From Auanema rhodensis (taxonomy: Eukaryota > Animalia > Nematoda): a DNA stretch of 64,000 nucleotides. Positions 19,415 to 33,800 of the stretch are shown here, one piece after another. The stretch is taken from assembly GCA_964057225.1 (NCBI GenBank), contig OZ059896.1:11966001-12030000 (forward strand). Direction: 5' to 3'. How positions within the stretch are numbered: the stretch's first letter is position 1; every line of letters starts with the position of its first letter. Below the pieces are notes generated by a model. The model was not told the origin of the DNA and ran no database searches. It was given only the letters and a program-made list of their open reading frames with translations. Position numbers and translations under genes: made by a program.

Positions 19415-21683
19415 TACTTGGGCAACGATTATCGATTTTCGACACGATAATCGATTTTGAATAAATTACGATTATCGATAATTTATTTATCCCGCAACGC
19501 TGAGAATTTCGTATTTCATTATCGTAAAATTTTTGAAGTAATTATACATTTTTTAAAATATGGTTAGAAAGTACGATAAGTATTTTACATTCCGACCCCA
19601 TACTTCTGAAGAAGAGAAAGGAACTTTTTCCTGTAAGAAATGCTCGAAGAAATACACCGACTGTGGAAGTACGACAGTGCTCAAGAATCATTTGTAGGAA
19701 TGCAGCTTGATTAAACCAGTTAATCAATCAGATGTCCGGAAGTTTTTCGATTCAACGGGAAAATTTTCTCAAGAAGAGTTGAACATCTTGTTTGCAAAGT
19801 TTATCGCCAGCTCCTACTCTTCTGCCAACTGCTTGAATAATCGCCACCTCATCTCAATAATCAAAAGTATCAATTCAAATTTTCGTGTTCCATCAAGAAA
19901 AACTGTTATGCTCCAAATTCAAAATATAGCTTCAGGTAAGCAAGTATGTTTGAATTATATTATATGATATTTTTGTTTCAGAAAGGGAAAAAAAAATATA
20001 GAAATTCTGAACGCAAGCGAAACAATCGCCATTTCATTTGATACATGGAGCTCTGAAAACTCAGGTATCTTTATTTAAATTTGAGTTATGTTTTTTATTT
20101 TCTTATAGTTGTTTCGTTACTAGCAGTCACCGCCCACGTGGTGGATTTTGAATCCGAAAAACGATGGAATTTAGTTTGGGATGTAATCGACATAACCGGG
20201 TCTCATACAGGCCAGGTTATATATGAGAAACTGATTGAATCGTTGAAATCAACGATTATGAACAAGATAGGCACTTGTGTCACCGATGGCGCAACAAACG
20301 TGAAGAAAGCATGTGAACTTTTCGGAAAGAAAAAGTGAACTTTCTCCATCAAACATGGAAAAACATTGTGTTTTAGTATCCACTGCTTCTCTCGCTTTCT
20401 CAATCTGATTGTTCAAGCTTCTATAAAAAAAAACCTCTATCCGTTCTCTTGGAAAGAATGCGTGAATTCGCAAAAAAAATGAAGAGAAGTCCCCGTTTAA
20501 AAGAAGAGGCTCAAAAACTTGCTACTTCTGGCTATTACCAAGTTGTTAGAGATTGTCATGTACGGTGGGGAAGTACTTTAAAAATGTTGACACATTTCCT
20601 CATATTAGTACGTGTAAACTGCCTCTTATTATTTTTTTAAAATATTTAGAATGACGTATATGCTCAAATCAACTTTAAAGAAGAAGGGGAACCTCTATTT
20701 AACGAAACTGAATTGCAGTTTTTAACATTCGTTGAAACAATTTTAAAGGTGTTTAATGAAGCAACGCTGATGTCGTGCCAGCAACAGCAAACTGTAGCTT
20801 TTACATATGGAACCTGCAAACTAATTGAAAAGAAACTTAACCTGTAAGCTTAGGTTTAAACTTTTTGATTAAGAACAGCTGTTACAGGTTTAATGGAACT
20901 ACTACTATTCTAATTCATTCGGCATTTATTGCTGATATGATCACCTCTTTCAACACGTATTATCAAAAAATGATAAAAGATGACGAAAATTTTTTGAAGA
21001 AAGCAGCTTTTTTTGATCCACGTTTAGCATACTTAAACATATTAAACAAAGAAGAATGGACCAGAATAGAAATACTTATTTTCTCTGAAATGAATGAAAT
21101 GGCTTCATATCAACCTTTAACTACTGTCACTCGCAAAAATGAAACTGGCTTGTTTGGAGGCATCGAGTCCTCAACACACTCTCGCACAGACTTTTTTAAA
21201 TCGCAAATCGCAGAGTATAGAGGAAGCTTATTAGCGCTTCGTTCTGAGCCTAGCATCGATATAGTTGAATGATGGTTCAAAAAAAAACACTTAGTTACTT
21301 TAATTAAGATAAGTATGAACTATAACACCGCACCATGTTCATCTGTTGATTCTGAACGTCTGTTCAGGTGATGTTTTTTTGTCAAAAAAATTACGATGGT
21401 TTTTTATAGCAAAATAGGCATCTTTATGGGAAATAAAAGAAGAGGTCGATTATTACCCAAAACCATCAAGAACTACATTTTATCAAATTTTGAAGAACCT
21501 GAAGAAGTAGAATCAAATAAAAGTGACGATGAAACTGATTATTTTGACTGTTGAAATACGTTAATAAACTCATTTTAATCACTCATTGAACAACGATAAT
21601 CGATATTATCGCGATAATTATTGATAATGAACTTTCGATAATTCCTCGATTTCGATTTTGAAATTGAGAATCGTGCCCAAGTA
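19415..21683 (+). mobile_element. hAT transposon with intron-containing transposase pseudogene
   Basis: TIRs TACTTGGGC(A)ACGATT at 19415 and inverted ending 21683, with TCGATA/TTATCG subterminal motifs. BED finger CKKC..STTVLKNHL, ISFDTWS, CVTDGATNV, HCFSR.LNLIV, VRWGST, FFDPR and SSVDSERLFS. Several short GT-AG introns and premature stops. No clear 8-bp TSD. Confidence 0.88.
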
Positions 21684-22326
21684 GATGTATGTATTAATTT
21701 ATAAAATTTGAATATATATATATATATATATGATATATATATTCAAATTTTATAAATTGAAACAAAAACAATATATAATAAAAAATTTATTCAAATGTAT
21801 AAATTTTAAAAATACATTTGAAAAGAAATAATTTTAGTAATATTTAAAACATATATACATATTAAAAATACATTTAAAAAGAAATAATTTTTAAAATATT
21901 TAAAAATACAATTAACAAATATCCAAATATTAAAAATTCATTTAAAAAATACATTTAAAAAAATAATTTTAAGAATGATTTAAAAAAAAAATCATGCATT
22001 TTGATCCATGCGCAGGCTCGAGAGCCTGCCTCGGGAGGAATGATTTTGGGAGCTGACGCCCTCAAAAGTATGTTTTTAGCAACTGTTTGGGAGCGTGGTT
22101 AGTAAATTCGGCATGGCTCTCTACTAGTGCACTTGTTTTAACGATTTTATCGAATTAACCTGTTTTTTTTTACTGTTTTTATTTTTAAAGATAAATAAAA
22201 TTTTTGCATGTAGATAATTTTGTTCACTGTACTTGTTATGGGTAATTCAATGGAACACATATCGAAAGTTAATTCGATAACAACGATATGAAATACCAAA
22301 ATTCAATGAAACACATATCGAAGGTT

Positions 22327-23790
22327 CACAAACTATGAACCATGTAAACTATAAACAATGTAAACAAATAAAATTAAGAAATAAATATGTATATAAAATG
22401 TATCTTATCGAATTAACGATGAACATATTGATTAGCTTTTATATATATATATTATACTTGGGCAACGATTATCGATTTTCGACACGATAATCGATTTTGA
22501 ATAAATTACGATTATCGATAATTTATTTATCCCGCAACGCTGAGGTTAGAAAGTACGATAAGTATTTTACATTCCGACCCCATACTTCTGAAGAAAAGAA
22601 AGGAACTTTTTCCTGTAAGAAATGCTCGAAGAAATACACCGACTGTGGAAGTACGACAGTGCTCAAGAATCATTTGTAGGAATGCAGCTTGATTAAACCA
22701 GTTAATCAATCAGATGTCTGGAAGTTTTTCGATTCAACGGGAAAATTTTCTCAAGAAGAGTTGAACATCTTGTTTGCAAAATTTTTCGCCAGCTCCTACT
22801 CTTCTGCCAACTGCTTGAATAATCGCCACCTCATCTCAATAATCAAAAGTATCAATTCAAATTTTCGTGTTCCATCAAGAAAAACTGTTATGCTCCAAAT
22901 TCAAAAAATAGCTTCAGGTAAGCAAGTATGTTTGAATTATATTATATGATATTTTTGTTTCAGAAAGGGAAAAAAAATATAGAAATTCTGAACGCAAGCG
23001 AAACATTCGCCATTTCATTTGATACATGGAGCTCTGAAAACTCAGGTATCTTTATTTAAATTTGAGTTATGTTTTTTATTTTCTTATAGTTGTTTCGTTA
23101 CTAGCAGTCACCGCCCACGTGGTGGATTTTGAATCCGAAAAACGATGGAATTTAGTTTGGGATATAATTGACATAACCGGGTCTCATACAGGCCAGGTTA
23201 TATATGAGAAACTGATTGAATCGTTGAACTCAACAATTATGAACAAGATAGGCACTTGTGTCACCGATGGCGCAACAAACGTGAAGAAAGCATGTGAACT
23301 TCTCGGAAAGAAAAAGTGAACTTTCTTCATCAAACATGGAAAAACATTGTGTTTTAGTATCCACTGCTTCTCTCGCTTTCTCAATCTGATTGTTCAAGCT
23401 TCTATAAAAAAAAACCTCTATCCGTTCTCTTGGAAAGAATGCGTGGATTCGCAAAAAAAATGAAGAGAAGTCCCCGTTTAAAAGAAGAGGCTCAAAAACT
23501 TGCTACTTCTGGCTATTACCAAGTTGTTAGAGATTGTCATGTACGGTGGGGAAGTACTTCGAAATGTTGACACATTTCCTCATATTAGTACGTGTAAACT
23601 GCCTCTTATTATTTTTTTTAAATATTTAGAATGACGTATATGCTTAAATCAACTTTAAAGAAGAAGGGGAACCTCTATTTAACGAAACTGAATTGCAGTT
23701 TTTAACATTTTAACATTCGTTGAAACAATTTTAAAGGTATTTAATGAAGCAACGCTGATGTCGTGCCAGCAACAGCAAACTGTAGCTTTT
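22327..23790 (+). repeat. Partial duplicate of hAT element plus 130 bp of its left flank (copy of 19285-20802)
   Basis: Near-identical ORF fragments and the same TAG stop in the BED finger. It has a small 5' deletion and is truncated at 23790. Confidence 0.92.
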
Positions 23791-24606
23791 GGCGTGGTTA
23801 GTATATTCGGCATGGCTTTCTACTAGTGCACTTGTTTTAACGATTTTATCGAATTAACCTTCGATATGTGTTCTATTAACTTTTGTATTTCATATCGTTA
23901 TTATCGAATTAACCTTCGATATGTGTTCCATTGATTGAAACAGTTTTTTGGTAGATAAGATTAGAAAAAGAAGGAGGCGGGCAGTATCAAAAATGGAAAG
24001 AAGAAGGGATCTGATTTTTGACGACGAAAGAAAACGGTTGCTGATATTGTTGTTGTGTATTTTTGAGCTAGATAAACCTTTGTTACTAAATTTGACTTCT
24101 ATATTAATAAATAGAAAGACTATGTTACATACATATCTCAAAGAAAGGCAGCTGACCATGGCAGCTGCTATTATAAAACTAATGCAGATAGTTTTTAAGA
24201 CATTCTTTCAATATTCTAGATGTACTTTTTATAAGCATTGTAACATTTGTGTAAACTGAGTAGGAGTTGTATGCATATATAAGCCTGAGTCTTCAAGACT
24301 CAGATATCTCATTATCTCATCATCATCTGTTTATCTTCTCTTTCTGTTCTCTAGCTTAAATCTTTGTATAATTATGTTATAATGCAAACAATAAACCTTT
24401 ATATATTTAATCTCTTGTTTCTTATTTCACCATACAGTACACACTAATATATTAAATCATACTCATCAGTAGAGAGCCATGCCGAATTTACTAATCACGC
24501 CCCCAAACAGTTGCTAAAAACATACTTTTGAGGGCGTCAGCTGCTGAAAACATACTTTTGGGTGCGTCAGCTGCCAAAGTCATGTTTTTGTTTTCCTCAG
24601 GGCAGG

Positions 24607-24879
24607 TCCTTCGTATTTCAGCAAGACAACGACCCAAAACACAGTTTGAAGATGATAAAGGAGTGGTTCCATCAGAAAGTAATTGAAGTTATGCGATGGC
24701 CCAGTCAGTCTCCTGACTTGAATCCAATTGAGCACATGTGGGAAACGCTCAAGAGAAGAACTCATGAAAGAAGCAACAATCGACTCACTTCCCAAGCAAC
24801 AATCGACTCACTTTTGGACTCAATGCCAAGGAGATGGCAAGCTGTAATAAACGCTGAAGGGTATGCTGCTAAATATTAA
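24607..24879 (+). pseudogene. Tc1 transposase C-terminal fragment
   Basis: FVFQQDNDPKH, WPSQSPDLNPIEHMW and SMPRRWQAVINAEGYAAKY*. It has an internal deletion and is fused to repeat R1 on the left. Confidence 0.88.
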
Positions 24880-24897
24880 AGATAACCACACCGATAG

Positions 24898-27800
24898 ATT
24901 TTATATTTCTACCGCTATTTCATAATTTCATTTTTTAAATTTTTAATCATTAAAAAACATTTAAATTTCATTATTGTGATGTTCAAAAACTGAAACATTT
25001 AAATATTTTGTATTTTCTAAACCATTTCACTCCATCTCTTTCATTTAATTCCATATTTTAAACAATTTTATATTTCTACCACGAATTCATAACTTCATTT
25101 TTTAAATTTTTAATCATTAAAAAACATTTAAATTTCAATATTGTGGTGCTCAAAAACTGAAACAGTTGAATATTTTGTAATTTCTAAACCATTTTACTCC
25201 ATCGCTTTTATTTAATCCCATATTTTAAACAATTTTATATTTCTACCGCTATTTCATAATTTCATTTTTTAAATTTTTAATCATTAAAAAACATTTAAAT
25301 TTCAATATTGTGATGCTCAAAAACTGAAACATTTGAATATTTTGTATTTTCTAAACCATTTCACTCCATCTCTTTCATTTAATTCCATATTTTAAACAAT
25401 TTTATATTTCTACCACGAATTCATAACTTCATTTTTTAAATTTTTAATCATTAAAAAACATTTAAATTTCAATATTGTGATGCTCAAAAACTGAAACAGT
25501 TGAATATTTTGTAATATCTAAACCATTTTACTCCATCGCTTTTATTTAATCCCATATTTTAAACAATTTTATATTTCTACCGCTATTTCATAATTTCATT
25601 TTTTAAATTTTTAATCATTAAAAAACATTTAAATTTCAATATTGTGATGCTCAAAAACTGAAACAGTTGAATATTTTGTATTTTCTAAACCATTTTACTC
25701 CATCTCTTTCATTTAATTCCATATTTTAAACAATTTTATATTTCTACCGCTATTTCATAATTTCATTTTTTAAATTTTTAATCATTAAAAAACATTTAAA
25801 TTTCAATATTGTGGTGCTCAAAAACTGAAACAGTTGAATATTTTGTATTTTCTAAACCATTTTACTCCATCTCTTTCATTTAATTCCATATTTTAAACAA
25901 TTTTATATTTCTACCACGAATTCATAACTTCATTTTTTAAATTTTTAATCATTAAAAAACATTTAAATTTCAATATTGTGGTGCTCAAAAACTGAAACAG
26001 TTGAATATTTTGTATTTTCTAAACCATTTTACTCCATCTATTTTATTTAATCCCATATTTTAAACAATTTTATATTTCTACCGCTATTTCATAATTTCAT
26101 TTTTTAAATTTTTAATCATTAAAAAACATTTAAATTTCAATATTGTGATGCTCAAAAACTGAAACATTTAAATATTTTGTATTTTCTAAACCATTTCACT
26201 CCATCTCTTTCATTTAATTCCATATTTTAAACAATTTTATATTTCTACCGCTATTTCATAATTTCATTTTTTAAATTTTTAATCATTAAAAAACATTTAA
26301 ATTTCAATATTGTGATGCTCAAAAACTGAAACATTTAAATATTTTGTATTTTCTAAACGATTTCACTCCATCTCTTTCATTTAATTCCATATTTTAAACA
26401 ATTTTATATTTCTACCACGAATTCATAACTTCATTTTTTAAATTTTTAATCATTAAAAAACATTTAAATTTCAATATTGTGGTGCTCAAAAACTGAAACA
26501 GTTGAATATTTTGTAATTTCTAAACCATTTTACTCCATCGCTTTTATTTAATCCCATATTTTAAACAATTTTATATTTCTACCGCTATTTCATAATTTCA
26601 TTTTTTAAATTTTTAATCATTAAAAAACATTTAAATTTCAATATTGTGATGCTCAAAAACTGAAACATTTGAATATTTTGTATTTTCTAAACCATTTCAC
26701 TCCATCTCTTTCATTTAATTCCATATTTTAAACAATTTTATATTTCTACCACGAATTCATAACTTCATTTTTTAAATTTTTAATCATTAAAAAACATTTA
26801 AATTTCAATATTGTGATGCTCAAAAACTGAAACAGTTGAATATTTTGTAATATCTAAACCATTTTACTCCATCGCTTTTATTTAATCCCATATTTTAAAC
26901 AATTTTATATTTCTACCGCTATTTCATAATTTCATTTTTTAAATTTTTAATCATTAAAAAACATTTAAATTTCAATATTGTGATGCTCAAAAACTGAAAC
27001 AGTTGAATATTTTGTATTTTCTAAACCATTTTACTCCATCTCTTTCATTTAATTCCATATTTTAAACAATTTTATATTTCTACCGCTATTTCATAATTTC
27101 ATTTTTTAAATTTTTAATCATTAAAAAACATTTAAATTTCAATATTGTGGTGCTCAAAAACTGAAACAGTTGAATATTTTGTATTTTCTAAACCATTTTA
27201 CTCCATCTCTTTCATTTAATTCCATATTTTAAACAATTTTATATTTCTACCACGAATTCATAACTTCATTTTTTAAATTTTTAATCATTAAAAAACATTT
27301 AAATTTCAATATTGTGGTGCTCAAAAACTGAAACAGTTGAATATTTTGTATTTTCTAAACCATTTTACTCCATCTATTTTATTTAATCCCATATTTTAAA
27401 CAATTTTATATTTCTACCGCTATTTCATAATTTCATTTTTTAAATTTTTAATCATTAAAAAACATTTAAATTTCAATATTGTGATGCTCAAAAACTGAAA
27501 CATTTAAATATTTTGTATTTTCTAAACCATTTCACTCCATCTCTTTCATTTAATTCCATATTTTAAACAATTTTATATTTCTACCGCTATTTCATAATTT
27601 CATTTTTTAAATTTTTAATCATTAAAAAACATTTAAATTTCAATATTGTGATGCTCAAAAACTGAAACATTTAAATATTTTGTATTTTCTAAACGATTTC
27701 ACTCCATCTCTTTCATTTAATTCCATATTTTAAACAATTTTATATTTCTACCACGAATTCATAACTTCATTTTTTAAATTTTTAATCATTAAAAAACATT

Positions 27801-30800
27801 TAAATTTCAATATTGTGGTGCTCAAAAACTGAAACAGTTGAATATTTTGTAATTTCTAAACCATTTTACTCCATCGCTTTTATTTAATCCCATATTTTAA
27901 ACAATTTTATATTTCTACCGCTATTTCATAATTTCATTTTTTAAATTTTTAATCATTAAAAAACATTTAAATTTCAATATTGTGATGCTCAAAAACTGAA
28001 ACATTTGAATATTTTGTATTTTCTAAACCATTTCACTCCATCTCTTTCATTTAATTCCATATTTTAAACAATTTTATATTTCTACCGCTATTTCATAATT
28101 TCATTTTTTAAATTTTTAATCATTAAAAAACATTTAAATTTCAATATTGTGATGCTCAAAAACTGAAACATTTAAATATTTTGTATTTTCTAAACCATTT
28201 CACTCCATCTCTTTCATTTAATTCCATATTTTAAACAATTTTATATTTCTACCACGAATTCATAACTTCATTTTTTAAATTTTTGATCTTTAAAAAACAT
28301 CTAAATTTCAATATTGTGATGCTCAAAAACTGAAACAGTTGAATATTTTGTAATTTCTAAACCATTTTACTCCATCGCTTTTATTTAATCTAATATTTTA
28401 AACAATTTTATATTTCTACCGCTATTTCATAATTTCATTTTTTAAATTTTTAATCATTAAAAAACATTTAAATTTCATTATTGTGATGCTCAAAAACTGA
28501 AACAGTTGAATATTTTGTATTTTCTAAACCATTTTACTCCATCTCTTTCATTTAATTCCATATTTTAAACAATTTTATATTTCTACCACGAATTCATAAC
28601 TTCATTTTTTGAATTTTTAATCATTAAAAAACATTTAAATTTCAATATTGTGATGCTCAAAAACTGAAACAGTTGAATATTTTGTATTTTCTAAACCATT
28701 TTACTCCATCTATTTTCTTTAAACCCATATTTTAAACAATTTTATATTTCTACCGCTATTTCATAATTTCATTTTTTGAATTTTTAATCATTAAAAAACA
28801 TTTAAATTTCAATATTGTGATGCTCAAAAACTGAAACAGTTGAATATTTTGTATTTTCTAAACCATTTCACTCCATCGCTTTTATTTAATCCCATATTTT
28901 AAACAATTTTATATTTCTACCACGAATTCATAACTTCATTTTTTAAATTTTTAATCATTAAAAAACATTTAAATTTCAATATTGTGATGCTCAAAAACTG
29001 AAACATTTAAATATTTTGTATTTTCTAAACCATTTCACTCCATCTCTTTCATTTAATTCCATATTTTAAACAATTTTATATTTCTACCACGAATTCATAA
29101 CTTCATTTTTTAAATTTTTGATCATTAAAAAACATTTAAATTTCAATATTGTGATGCTCAAAAACTGAAACATTTAAATATTTTGTATTTTCTAAACCAT
29201 TTCACTCCATCTCTTTCATTTAATTCCATATTTTAAACAATTTTATATTTCTACCACGAATTCATAACTTCATTTTTTAAATTTTTAATCATTAAAAAAC
29301 ATTTAAATTTCAATATTGTGGTGCTCAAAAACTGAAACAGTTGAATATTTTGTATTTTCTAAACCATTTTACTCCATCTATTTTATTTAATCCCATATTT
29401 TAAACAATTTTATATTTCTACCGCTATTTCATAATTTCATTATTCAAATTTTTAATCATTAAAAAACATTTAAATTTCAATATTGTGATGCTCAAAAACT
29501 GAAACATTTAAATATTTTGTATTTTCTAAACCATTTCACTCCATCTCTTTCATTTAATTCCATATTTTAAACCATTTTATATTTCTACCACGAATTCATA
29601 ACTTCATTTTTTTAATTTTTAATCATTAAAAAACATTTAAATTTCAATATTGTGGTGCTCAAAAACTGAAACAGTTGAATATTTTGTAATTTCTAAACCA
29701 TTTTACTCCATCGCTTTTATTTAATCCCATATTTTAAACAATTTTATATTTCTACCGCTATTTCATAATTTCATTTTTTAAATTTTTAATCATTAAAAAA
29801 CATTTAAATTTCAATATTGTGATGCTCAAAAACTGAAACATTTGAATATTTTGTATTTTCTAAACCATTTCACTCCATCTCTTTCATTTAATTCCATATT
29901 TTAAACAATTTTATATTTCTATCACGAATTCATAACTTCATTTTTTAAATTTTTGATCATTAAAAAACATTTAAATTTCAATATTGTGATGCTCAAAAAC
30001 TGAAACAGTTGAATATTTTGTATTTTCTAAACCATTTTACTCCATCTCTTTCATTTAATTCCATATTTTAAACAATTTTATATTTCTACCACGAATTCAT
30101 AACTTCATTTTTTAAATTTTTAATCATTAAAAAACATTTAAATTTCAATATTGTGATGCTCAAAAACTGAAACAGTTGAATATTTTGTAATATCTAAACC
30201 ATTTTACTCCATCGCTTTTATTTAATCCCATATTTTAAACAATTTTATATTTCTACCGCTATTTCATAATTTCATTTTTTAAATTTTTAATCATTAAAAA
30301 ACATTTAAATTTCAATATTGTGATGCTCAAAAACTGAAACAGTTGAATATTTTGTATTTTCTAAACCATTTTACTCCATCTCTTTCATTTAATTCCATAT
30401 TTTAAACAATTTTATATTTCTACCACGAATTCATAACTTCATTTTTTAAATTTTTAATCATTAAAAAACATTTAAATTTCAATATTGTGATGCTCAAAAA
30501 CTGAAACAGTTGAATATTTTGTAATATCTAAACCATTTTACTCCATCGCTTTTATTTAATCCCATATTTTAAACAATTTTATATTTCTACCGCTATTTCA
30601 TAATTTCATTTTTTAAATTTTTAATCATTAAAAAACATTTAAATTTCAATATTGTGATGCTCAAAAACTGAAACAGTTGAATATTTTGTATTTTCTAAAC
30701 CATTTTACTCCATCTCTTTCATTTAATTCCATATTTTAAACAATTTTATATTTCTACCACGAATTCATAACTTCATTTTTTAAATTTTTAATCATTAAAA

Positions 30801-33800
30801 AACATTTAAATTTCAATATTGTGATGCTCAAAAACTGAAACAGTTGAATATTTTGTAATATCTAAACCATTTTACTCCATCGCTTTTATTTAATCCCATA
30901 TTTTAAACAATTTTATATTTCTACCGCTATTTCATAATTTCATTTTTTAAATTTTTAATCATTAAAAAACATTTAAATTTCAATATTGTGATGCTCAAAA
31001 ACTGAAACAGTTGAATATTTTGTATTTTCTAAACCATTTTACTCCATCTCTTTCATTTAATTCCATATTTTAAACAATTTTATATTTCTACCGCTATTTC
31101 ATAATTTCAATTTTTAAATTTTTAATCATTAAAAAACATTTAAATTTCAATATTGTGATGCTCAAAAACTGAAACAGTTGAATATTTTGTATTTTCTAAA
31201 CCATTTTACTCTATCTATTTTCTTTAATCCCATATTTTAAACAATTTTATATTTCTACCGCTATTTCATAATTTCATTTTTCAAATTTTTAATCATCGAA
31301 AAACATTTAAATTTCAATATTGTGATGCTCAAAAACTGAAACATTTAAATATTTTGTATTTTCTAAACCATTTCACTCCATCTCTTTCATTTGATTCCAT
31401 ATTTCAAACAATTTTATATTTCTACCACGAATTCATAACTTCACTTTTTAAATTTTTGATCATTAAAAAATATTTAAATTTCAATATTGTGATGCTCAAA
31501 AACTGAAACATTTAAATATTTTGTATTTTCTAAACCATTTCACTCCATCTCTTTCATTTAATTGCATATTTTAAACAATTTTATATTTCTACCACGAATT
31601 CATAACTTCATTTTTTAAATTTTTAATCATTAAAAAACATTTAAATTTCAATATTGTGGTGCTCAAAAACTGAAACAGTTGAATATTTTGTAATTTCTAA
31701 ACCATTTTACTCCATCGCTTTTATTTAATTCCATATTTTGAACAATTTTATATTTCTACCGCTATTTCATAATTTCATTTTTTAAATTTTTAATCATTAA
31801 AAAACATTTAAATTTCAATATTGTGATGCTCAAAAACTGAAACATTTAAATATTTTGTATTTTCTTAACCATTTCACTCCATCTCTTTCATTTAATTCCA
31901 TATTTTAAACAATTTTATATTTCTACCACGAATTCATAACTTCATTTTTTAAATTTTTGATCATTAAAAAACATCTAAATTTCAATATTGTGATGCTCAA
32001 AAACTGAAACAGTTGAATATTTTGTAATTTCTAAACCATTTTACTCCATCGCTTTTATTTAATCCCATATTTTAAACAATTTTATATTTCTACCGCTATT
32101 TCATAATTTCATTTTTTAAATTTTTAATCATTAAAAAACATTTAAATTTCAATATTGTGATGCTCAAAAACTGAAACAGTTGAATATTTTGTATTTTCTA
32201 AACCATTTTACTCCATCTCTTTCATTTACTTCCATATTTTAAACAATTTTATATTTCTACCACGAATTCATAACTTCATTTTTTAAATTTTTAATCATTA
32301 AAAAACATTTAAATTTCAATATTGTGGTGCTCAAAAACTGAAACATTTAAATATTTTGTAATTTCTAAACCATTTTACTCCATCTATTTTCTTTAATCCC
32401 ATATTTTAAACAATTTTATATTTCTACCGCTATTTCATAATTTCATTTTTTAAATTTTTAATCATCGAAAAACATTTAAATTTCAATATTGTGGTGCTCA
32501 AAAACTGAAACATTTAAATATTTTGTAATTTCTAAACCATTTTACTCCATCGCTTTTATTTAATCCCATATTTTAAACAATTTTATATTTCTACCGCTAT
32601 TTCATAATTTCATTTTTCAAATTTTTAATCATCGAAAAACATTTAAATTTCAATATTGTGATGCTCAAAAACTGAAACATTTAAATATTTTGTTTTTTCT
32701 AAACCATTTCACTCCATCTCTTTCATTTGATTCCATATTTTAAACAATTTTATATTTCTACCACGAATTCATAACTTCACTTTTTAAATTTTTGATCATT
32801 AAAAAATATTTAAATTTCAATATTGTGATGCTCAAAAACTGAAACATTTAAATATTTTGTATTTTCTAAACCATTTCACTCCATCTCTTTCATTTAGTTC
32901 CATACTTTAAACAAATTTATATTTCTACCACGAATTCATAACTTCACTTTTTAAATTTTTGATCATTAAAAAATATTTAAATTTCAATATTGTGATGCTC
33001 AAAAACTGAAACATTTAAATATTTTGTATTTTCTAAACCATTTCACTCCATCTCTTTCATTTAATTCCATATTTTAAACAATTTTATATTTCTACCGCTA
33101 TTTCATAATTTCATTTTTTAAATTTTTAATCATTAAAATACATTTAAATTTCAATATTGTGATGCTCAAAAACTGAAACATTTAAATATTTTGTATTTTC
33201 TAAACCATTTCACTCCATCTCTTTCATTTAATTCCATATTTTAAACAATTTTATATTTCTACCACGAATTCATAACTTCATTTTTTAAATTTTTGATCAT
33301 TAAAAAACATTTAAATTTCAATATTGTGGTGCTCAAAAACTGAAACAGTTGAATATTTTGTAATTTCTAAACCATTTTACTCCATCGCTTTTATTTAATC
33401 CCATATTTTAAACAATTTTATATTTCTACCGCTATTTCATAATTTCATTTTTCAAATTTTTAATCATCGAAAAACATTTAAATTTCAATATTGTGATGCT
33501 CAAAAACTGAAACATTTAAATATTTTGTTTTTTCTAAACCATTTCACTCCATCTCTTTCATTTGATTCCATATTTTTAACAATTTTATATTTCTACCACA
33601 AATTCATAACTTCACTTTTTAAATTTTTGATCATTAAAAAATATTTAAATTTCAATATTGTGATGCTCAAAAACTGAAACATTTAAATATTTTGTATTTT
33701 CTAAACCATTTCACTCCATCTCTTTCATTTAGTTCCATACTTTAAACAAATTTATATTTCTACCACGAATTCATAACTTCACTTTTTAAATTTTTGATCA

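Noticed and set aside
22095-22130. R1 as a definite Helitron because of CTAG at its end
   Set aside because: There is no subterminal hairpin close to the CTAG, and two copies lack the full CTAG. Left unclassified.
23940-24467. ORFs 23890-24159 and 23948-24259 as genes; region as a solo LTR
   Set aside because: The ORFs are low-complexity with no motifs. TATATAAG and AATAAA suggest an LTR remnant, but I could not define termini or a TSD.
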